DNA of 63,254 nucleotides, counting the filler, from Octopus bimaculoides (Eukaryota), in assembly GCF_001194135.2 (NCBI RefSeq). It is 8 parts of 8 records of this genome, joined end to end, with 100 filler letters (N's around TTAATTAATTAA, not from the genome) between each part and the next. Parts side by side here need not be neighbours in the genome. Positions count along the whole stretch, not along the records: positions 46,045 to 56,455 come from NC_068994.1; positions 56,556 to 59,941 come from NC_069005.1; positions 60,042 to 61,155 come from NC_068995.1; positions 61,256 to 63,254 come from NW_026318468.1; 4 more parts are not named here. One strand, given 5' to 3'. A program made the translations under genes and the position numbers. The notes below the pieces were generated by a model. It saw nothing but the letters and a program-made list of their open reading frames with translations, was not told the origin of the DNA and did no database searches. Positions 54,693 through 63,254 of this stretch are shown piece after piece. Each line of letters starts with the position of its first letter. Positions within the stretch are counted from its first letter, which is position 1.

Positions 54693-55214
54693 NNNNNNNN
54701 NNNNNNNNNNNNNNNNNNNNNNNNNNNNNNNNNNNNNNNNNNNNNNNNNNNNNNNNNNNNNNNNNNNNNNNNNNNNNNNNNNNNNNNNNNNNNNNNNNNN
54801 NNNNNNNNNNNNNNNNNNNNNNNNNNNNNNNNNNNNNNNNNNNNNNNNNNNNNNNNNNNNNNNNNNNNNNNNNNNNNNNNNNNNNNNNNNNNNNNNNNNN
54901 NNNNNNNNNNNNNNNNNNNNNNNNNNNNNNNNNNNNNNNNNNNNNNNNNNNNNNNNNNNNNNNNNNNNNNNNNNNNNNNNNNNNNNNNNNNNNNNNNNNN
55001 NNNNNNNNNNNNNNNNNNNNNNNNNNNNNNNNNNNNNNNNNNNNNNNNNNNNNNNNNNNNNNNNNNNNNNNNNNNNNNNNNNNNNNNNNNNNNNNNNNNN
55101 NNNNNNNNNNNNNNNNNNNNNNNNNNNNNNNNNNNNNNNNNNNNNNNNNNNNNNNNNNNNNNNNNTCAAACTCCATTCTTCACCAAGTGCCACATATTGT
55201 AAGAAGCTCCCTGT

Positions 55215-55290
55215 AATAACAGTGTAGCAACACGGTGGTGCATCAGCATGGCCGCAGCTCTGAGCTGAAACTTTGAAAAGAAAAGAAAAG
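55215..55290 (+). mobile_element. SINE/LINE 3' tail related to the family A tail
   Basis: CAGCATGGCCGCAGCTCTGAGCTGAAAC followed by (AAAAG)n. Confidence 0.5.
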
Positions 55291-55324
<34 letters not shown>

Positions 55325-56824
55325 GAAAAAAAAGCAACACGGATTTTAAAGGTTATTGCAGTACGCATGTTTCATGCTACTCCATTTATTTAAGTAATGC
55401 GAGCATTACATTAAATGCAAAATGCAGAGCAACATATATATATGAAATATTAGGATATTGTTAACAACAATATCAGTGGTTTAGCACGCTTAAAAACCAT
55501 GAAGGTAAATAATTACTAATTGATAATGAAGGGTACGAGAGATAGCACTAGCATATATATATGCACACATAATATATAACATAATTTTGCTCTGGCATAG
55601 CTATACAATTAAACAGTTGTTAGAACTCAATCTAGATATCCTTTGGAGCTTAGTATTAAGCGAGTATAGCGCCTAATATTAAGTCATGAATGACTGACAT
55701 ATACATACATACATATATACATACATATATACATATGTGTGTATATATATGTAAATATATATATATATATAGAGAGAGAGAGATGCATATATACAAATAC
55801 ATATATTCATACATACACACACATACACATATAAACCCCCCACACATACAGACACGTACACGTGAGGCTTACATTGTATGTTGAAAAGCGTGTGTGCCTA
55901 CGCAAGTCATTAAAGACACCGGAAGTCGTAAATGTCAGCCCCTGAGTTTTGAACTTGTAACACACTTCCTCGTATTGAGTTCGTCAAGATACTTGTCCCT
56001 TTGTAATAATACATATCAGGAGGTATTCCTTCATTTATTTGCCTTTTTGTTTGTGTGGTGTTGTTGTTGTTGTTCTTTTGTTTCTGCTTTTTGTTTGTTT
56101 GTTTTTTTAAATTTTTACAAGTGGTCTGCTTCTTAGTGAGAGCGGAAACAATCGCAATATAACCACGCAAAAAGACACACAGACACGCTAATAACAATAT
56201 AACACAGGCGACACACAGACAGATCATAAAAAAGACAAAGGGTCCCAATCTCCTCATCAGCCCTCAAAGGACAAAAACAAAAACAAAAACAGAAAAAAAA
56301 AAGGATAAGAGTGAAACATAAATTAAAGGATATAAACTAGACAGGAGGACATTTAAAAAGACCGCAAATTCAATTTTTGTCCGGCATGTGCGCATGTTTA
56401 TTTGCCTGTGTTTGTGTATGTAACTGTGTATGTGTGTGTGTATGTGTTTATATGTNNNNNNNNNNNNNNNNNNNNNNNNNNNNNNNNNNNNNNNNNNNNT
56501 TAATTAATTAANNNNNNNNNNNNNNNNNNNNNNNNNNNNNNNNNNNNNNNNNNNNATATATATACGGAGTGGTGTGCATATGTGTATGTGTGTGCGTAAA
56601 TATAAGACAAAATGTAAGTTATACTTCTTAATTATAATTAGCAATCTTTTTAGGTTATGAGATTATAAGGAATTTTTACGTTGTAAATTTAATTCTCTTG
56701 CCAGAATCATGTGTTTGGTAGAATTTCTTAATCACGCAGCCATACCAACTTATGTTTATATACGAGTACATCGTAAAGTCGTCGGCAGAACACCAAACTA
56801 TATTTATTACGTTTAAAATTAAAA

Positions 56825-56990
56825 CCAGTTAGTAGTGAAGGGCTTGAGGGTTCATGATCATTAGGTGAAGGGTTCAATTCTTAGACAGGGTGGCGCGTTG
56901 TGTCCATTGTTCCAGTAAATTCAGATGAATGTGAGTTCCATGGCACCTGAAAAATTAAATCTGTGATGAATAGGTGTCCTGTTCACGATG
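56825..56990 (+). mobile_element. Old tRNA-derived SINE with a V-domain-like segment
   Basis: GTAGTGAAGG..GGGTTCAATTC..GTTGTGTCC (head and CORE-like), then CTGTGATGAATAGGTGTCCTGTTCA, which resembles the V-SINE motif CCTGCGATGGACTGGCATCCCGTCCAGGG. Confidence 0.35.
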
Positions 56991-57129
56991 TCTTACATAA
57001 ACTTCATTCTTATGAGTTTTTCAGGTCAAGGCAGAAAGTGGGTGGAGCACTTAATGTAATATGACATGAAATGTTGATTATTCAATATCATACCTTCTAG
57101 ATGTCTTAAGGAACGATCTCCTCTCAGTG

Positions 57130-57430
57130 AATGAAGAAGCAGAACCACTTGGCTTTAGAGTCTCTTGGGTCAAGAAGGTTGCCCATACTTGGAGATTTAA
57201 GGATTTCCGGGGTAGCACTGCTACACCGCCGCCTGCTCCCGATAGACCACAATATGAGAATATCTCGTAGTCTTCGAAAATGGATGCTAAAATATGCTTT
57301 CCGGAACATCTTGTTTCACTAATTGCGGCCACATCTAAATCAAGTGACCTGAGATTGTTGAGATCGTGACCTTGCTTCCAAGCTGACTCGAGGCTACGCA
57401 CATTCACACACTCCACTCTTAGCATAGTCA
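57130..57430 (-). mobile_element. L1/Tx1-clade LINE, APE endonuclease N-terminus
   Basis: LRVECVNVRSL...KQGHDLNNLRSLDLDVAAISETR...YEIFSYCGLSGAGGGVAVLPRKSL carries the APE motifs NVRGL, QETH/SETR and GGVAIL. Confidence 0.8.
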
Positions 57431-57699
57431 TGCTCGTTAGAGAAAGAAAAAAGAGGAGGTCACTCGCCTTGATTTTCGAGAAACCCAAATGTTCCACACC
57501 TGTACCAGCGAATGTTTTCTAAAAGGCACTTCTAAAAGATTTTTTCTACTGTTGTTTTTTTTTTAATTCCAACACTAGCTGGGAATTTTTCACGAATTGT
57601 TTTATAAACGTCTTCGGGATTTTGAGGATGAAATCCTCAAATTCCCTTCCCTTTGTCTCAAAGTTGTTTTTATTTTGATTTACGAAATTCATTAATTCA

Positions 57700-58290
57700 C
57701 TGCTGATTTTGTTCACAACAGTGAAGTTGATGGATACAGTTTGTGTACGGTTGGAGGTATCTTTTGTTTTTGCAGTTTCGTTGTTTGTTGTTTCTGTGTT
57801 TTCTCATTGTTGCTAATGATGTTGCTATTTTTTTTTGCTATTGTTGTTGTAACGGTTGTGAATTTGAGCTGTAGTTGTGGTTTTTGTTTTTGCTGTGTTC
57901 TTGGAATAGGTCCTCCTCTTTCGTCTCTCTCCTTATTTGGGTGTGATCCATGTTTCGGTTTGCTTTTCTTTCTCCATGTCATTGCTGTTGTTGTTGAGTT
58001 GTGGCGCAGAGTGTTCAGGAGAAGCTTGCTTTTCCGTTGGAGCTGAGAGTAAACTTCTTCGTTGTCTTCGTCCGAGTATGCGCGTGGGAATCCTTGGCAA
58101 CACACACAACTGCAAAAAGAGGATGTGTCTCTAAACATAAATACTACCAGTGCAGTGCGGGGCAATGTTAAAAACAAGGCCGTACCAATTAGAATGAATG
58201 AACAGGAACTTAACAGGCCGAAAAAATTGAAAGCACTTTTACGACTTAGAGAACTCCAAGTTTCTGTGGCTTTCGAGTATGGCGGCCGTA
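57700..58290 (-). mobile_element. Probable decayed ORF1 of the same L1/Tx1 element
   Basis: Upstream of the endonuclease on the same strand. Basic, low-complexity text ETWITPK*GERRKRR is typical of ORF1 C-termini; no clear zinc knuckle recovered. Confidence 0.3.
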
Positions 58291-58444
58291 ATAATAATAA
58301 TAATAATAATAGATAAGACGAAGAGTGCGTTGTGATTACAATATATATTTTACTGGTTGAACGATATTTCGACAGTCTTTGTCGAGTTCAAAATGAAAAG
58401 TGATAAAAATTCAATATTATAGAAAATCAAATCTAAAATATGAA

Positions 58445-58458
58445 CGAGAGAGAGAAAG

Positions 58459-58551
<93 letters not shown>
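58445..58551. repeat. (GA)n microsatellite
   Basis: Read directly. Confidence 0.98.
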
Positions 58552-58553
<2 letters not shown>

Positions 58554-58586
58554 AACCAGCGTCCACATGTTAATGGAATGACATCA

Positions 58587-59040
58587 TCAGTTTTCAAGTT
58601 TCAATTTTACAATGTTAATAACCTGCAAACATTTCTCTTCATGCATTTTGAGTGCTGAAAGTGTAGTAGTTTCAGAATATTTTCTGAGAATATGCATTTT
58701 CAAGTTCTTTTCAAAATTGCAGCCGTTTGATGCAACATTTTCGGCAAGTTCTGTCGAACTACTGTTATTGTGCCTGACGTCATATATGTGTCCATTAAAT
58801 CTTTTGTTTAATTGTTCTGTTATACAACCAACATAAATCAAGTTGTGTTTCGTGCATTCTGCTGCGTACACCAAATGGAAATCTCTATATGTTCCACCTT
58901 CTGCACGAAACACACCATTGGAAACATGTGTGTTTCGTTCAACATCCTTAAACAACCCTTATTCAGGGACCTTTTGAGACCACCATGTTGCGCACATATG
59001 GCTGTGATGCACGTGCCTAGTGTACTCTTATCAGACAGGT
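58587..59040 (-). mobile_element. Penelope-like element GIY-YIG endonuclease fragment
   Basis: HLVYAAECTKHNLIYVGCITEQLNKRFNGHIYDVRH...ELAENV...MHIL matches the PLE motif VY..C....YVG.T...L..R..EH. Confidence 0.85.
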
Positions 59041-59132
59041 AGTTATGATGGGTAAACTGGGCTTCGTATATTTTATCCCAGCGTCACTTTGAGGACATGC
59101 ACTGTTCTCACACTCAATAATAATAATAATAA

Positions 59133-59343
59133 TTTCTACTAAAGGCACAAGTCCTGAAATTTGGGGGAGGGGACTAGTCAATTACATCGACCCCAGTGTT
59201 CCACTGGTACTTAATTTATCGACTTAGAAAGGATGAAAAGCAAAGTCGACCTCGATGGAATTTGATCCCAGAACGTAGGGACGGGCGAAATACCGCTAAA
59301 CATTTTCGTCCAGCGTGCTAACGATTACGCCAGCTCGCCGCTT
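59133..59343 (-). mobile_element. SINE family B, full copy between (TAA)n arrays
   Basis: Homologous to 16169-16350; (TAA)n at 59116-59132 and ~59352-59466. Confidence 0.88.
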
Positions 59344-59351
59344 TAACATGT

Positions 59352-59440
<89 letters not shown>

Positions 59441-60041
59441 CAATGATAATAATAATAATAATAATAAGAGAGGCGGGAGGAGACTTAGAAGAAATGGTAA
59501 ACATTTGGTGGATGGCGTTTACGTAGTTTCGACGTTCGTTGTTGTGTTGCCAAAGGGTATTAGTGATACAAGTGAACTGACTGGCAGACGACTGACTGCT
59601 CAGCAGACGACAATGGAGAAAGCAAATAGGTTCAGTCAAAGGTTAGGCTTGATTTGTCCAATGTCTACACAACCAAAACTCTTTAAGAGTGCATTATGAA
59701 TAATAGATATTCGAGTCATAATAGGAAAATTAATAATGTAAAGTATAACTGTATGTACCTGCCAATAAATATACGACTCTATCTCCTCCCTCTCTAACTC
59801 TATCTATCTATCTATCTATTTATCTATCTATCTATCTGTCTACGTATATATCTGTAGCTATATAACTGCACGCATTTATGTATGCACATATATGTATGTA
59901 TGTATATGTGTATGTATGTGTGTATATATATATATATATATNNNNNNNNNNNNNNNNNNNNNNNNNNNNNNNNNNNNNNNNNNNNTTAATTAATTAANNN
60001 NNNNNNNNNNNNNNNNNNNNNNNNNNNNNNNNNNNNNNNNN

Positions 60042-60084
<43 letters not shown>

Positions 60085-60367
60085 TATAAATATATATATT
60101 TATATACATGTTCATATATATACATCTATATCTATATCTATCTATCTATATATATATGCATAAATACATATAAATATACATATAATTATACAGCATGATT
60201 GTATGCATATATATTCATACAATATAAAATATACATACATACATACCCCCACACACACACATATATATATACATATATATACATGCATACATATATGTAT
60301 ATAATAATAATAATAATAATAATAATATATGTGTGTGTGTGTGTGTGTTCGTGTGTGTGTGTGTGGA

Positions 60368-60398
<31 letters not shown>

Positions 60399-60623
60399 AT
60401 GTATATGTATATGTATAAAATCATAGTAAAAATGTTAGATTCTACAGACAGACTGAATTTATGCTTTTCAAGAAACGTATAAATATTCATATACACATAT
60501 ATCCCCTCTTTAATACATGCATACACACACACAAACACACACATATATATATACACACGTACGTATATACATAAATACCAACATACACGTACAGACCTAT
60601 ATATGTATATATATTCATTCATT

Positions 60624-60669
<46 letters not shown>

Positions 60670-60778
60670 CATACACAATATACGAGCATATTCGTATATA
60701 CGTGCGTACGTTTATTTGTGTAAGTGCGTTTGCGTATCCTATATCTGTGTGTCTCTGTATGTGTGTGTCTGCGCGCGC

Positions 60779-60832
<54 letters not shown>

Positions 60833-61070
60833 GTTTGCATCTTGGCACGTCTGCTTAGTATTGCTAAGTAAGTTAGTATGTCATTGCAATCAGCATCCGT
60901 CTGTGCTTGTTCCTACGAAGGAAGGTTGCTTCACAGTCTACTCGTGCGCACACTGGAACATATATTTATATATGCATATACGTAAGCTGCACACATGTAT
61001 TTGTAGGTATTGTACATATGCATGTATGTATATATGTGTGTAAATATAAATACATGCTTATATACGTGTG

Positions 61071-61155
<85 letters not shown>

Positions 61156-62270
61156 NNNNNNNNNNNNNNNNNNNNNNNNNNNNNNNNNNNNNNNNNNNNT
61201 TAATTAATTAANNNNNNNNNNNNNNNNNNNNNNNNNNNNNNNNNNNNNNNNNNNNCACATTAAGATCGATTTCCAAATGTTTATTCAAATGTAATTGTGG
61301 TATTTCATGTTATGCATAATCAGTGATACCAAAACCTATTATCAAACGACATTTTATCACACATCCTATCATCGAAACAATTATTTTTTTATTGAAAAAA
61401 CTTTAGGAAAACGTATTTTCACAAGACACCATATTACTGACACGGCACTTCTTTCATCTAAACCACTTGACATTGAATTAGTTTTTTAAAAAGTATTTTG
61501 TAAAATATTTTAGTTTCGTATGTTGATTGTAACACTCTTGATCCGAATTCGTGTTTTGAAACAAATCTTGTTGTATTGGGATTGTTATTACCCCAGTAAA
61601 CATAGGTACTGGTTCAAAATGACATTTTCATTATTAGTCAATCGGTTCAATATCTCACAAACTAACTAGCCGATCGTTTGTTTTNNNNNNNNNNNNNNNN
61701 NNNNNNNNNNNNNNNNNNNNNNNNNNNNNNNNNNNNNNNNNNNNNNNNNNNTTGACCTCATCAATGACATTTCCTTTGTTTTGAATTTCTCCCTTGAGTC
61801 TGTCTGAGAATTATTCTTACGCCTGTGTTTAGGCATACTTGTATGAGTGCATGTAGATGAGGGGTAGCTTATAAGAGAGGGGGAGGGGNNNNNNNNNNNN
61901 NNNNNNNNNNNNNNNNNNNNNNNTGTGCGGTTGTGTATGTATACACATATGCCTGCCTGTATTTGTGATTTTGTGTTCGTGAGTATGCGTGTACTGTAAG
62001 TAACCACATCTGCATACACACAAACTATCATACAAAACACAGAGGCATAAGAATAATTCTCAAACTGACTCAAGGCAGACCATTAAATGAGAAGGCATGT
62101 TATTGAATTGATTTATGAAAAAGTAAAATAATTTTATCTTTTGTACGGTTTGAAATAATTTACAATTTAAGATAAAGATTATAAATATATAAATATAAAT
62201 ATACAAATAATAAAAGAATGAATTTTAATACAAAATAAGATCAAAAGATGACAGATATTTGTGCAGATAT

Positions 62271-62303
62271 ATCTTCTGTTTCAGTCATTGGACTGCGGCC
62301 AAG
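62271..62303 (-). mobile_element. SINE family A tail running into a gap (another tail remnant at ~42507-42545)
   Basis: TGTTTCAGTCATTGGACTGCGGCCA. Confidence 0.7.
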
Positions 62304-62959
62304 NNNNNNNNNNNNNNNNNNNNNNNNNNNNNNNNNNNNNNNNNNNNNNNNNNNNNNNNNNNNNNNNNNNNNNNNNNNNNNNNNNNNNNNNNNNNNNNNN
62401 NNNNNNNNNNNNNNNNNNNNNNNNNNNNNNNNNNNNNNNNNNNNNNNNNNNNNNNNNNNNNNNNNNNNNNNNNNNNNNNNNNNNNNNNNNNNNNNNNNNN
62501 NNNNNNNNNNNNNNNNNNNNNNNNNNNNNNNNNNNNNNNNNNNNNNNNNNNNNNNNNNNNNNNNNNNNNNNNNNNNNNNNNNNNNNNNNNNNNNNNNNNN
62601 NNNNNNNNNNNNNNNNNNNNNNNNNNNNNNNNNNNNNNNNNNNNNNNNNNNNNNNNNNNNNNNNNNNNNNNNNNNNNNNNNNNNNNNNNNNNNNNNNNNN
62701 NNNNNNNNNNNNNNNNNNNNNNNNNNNNNNNNNNNNNNNNNNNNNNNNNNNNNNNNNNNNNNNNNNNNNNNNNNNNNNNNNNNNNNNNNNNNNNNNNNNN
62801 NNNNNNNNNNNNNNNNNNNNNNNNNNNNNNNNNNNNNNNNNNNNNNNNNNNNNNNNNNNNNNNNNNNNNNNNNNNNNNNNNNNNNNNNNNNNNNNNNNNN
62901 NNNNNNNNNNNNNNNNNNNNNNNNNNNNNNNATATATATATATATATATAAGTTCTGTT

Positions 62960-63254
62960 GGTCATGTTATTGAACCCATGATTGTAAAATCGGTGTTCCA
63001 ATTCCCAGACCAGTGATGCATTGAGTTCTAGAGTAAAATTCTTCTTTGATGTTACCCCAGTTCACTCAGCTGTAAATGGGTAAACCTTCGACAAACTGCT
63101 GTTCTGTTCAGGGGGAAATGCTGGTCTGCCAGCCCAGCCAGCCTGAGGTGGCATTATTCAAAAGCTATGATAATGCGAGCAAGTGTAACAATATCCGATA
63201 GTCTGGTCGATACAGTGGTAACTTGTATAGGATATCATCCATAAGTTGTGTCTG
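62960..63254 (+). mobile_element. SINE family E (tRNA-like head, CAGTTCACTCAGCTGTAAATGGGTA core-type motif)
   Basis: GTGTTCCAATTCCCAGACC (B-box-like) followed by a CCACxCAGCTGTAAATGGGTA-type motif common in SINE2 elements. Confidence 0.5.

Overview
Eukaryotic, AT-rich, microsatellite-saturated draft-assembly DNA. About 8 kb (~13%) is N gaps, including seven artificial 100-bp spacers (N44-TTAATTAATTAA-N44). The SINE families resemble those I know from Octopus, so a coleoid cephalopod source is likely (inference). I could not identify any host protein-coding gene, rRNA, true tRNA or CRISPR array, and most of the supplied ORF track is noise from microsatellites and Ns. Supported content: (1) one full-length but dead mariner (DD34D) with both TIRs; (2) mariner- and hAT-type MITE ends; (3) decayed non-LTR retroelements (four RTE pieces, three Penelope-like pieces, an R4/Dong-like piece inside a TAA array, a Tx1/L1-like piece); (4) about five tRNA-derived SINE families in many copies; (5) many simple and compound repeats. 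Most interesting unexplained structure: a ~216-bp fold-back duplication at the 3' end of an RTE, an inverted MITE pair sharing the same GATA junction, hammerhead-like relics in Penelope-type termini, SINE/microsatellite coupling, a ~65-bp TSD-like repeat, and a few exon-like blocks on the minus strand (best: 38 nt at 52993-53030 with an intronic G4 motif). No new biological system can be demonstrated from sequence alone; the findings are testable leads.
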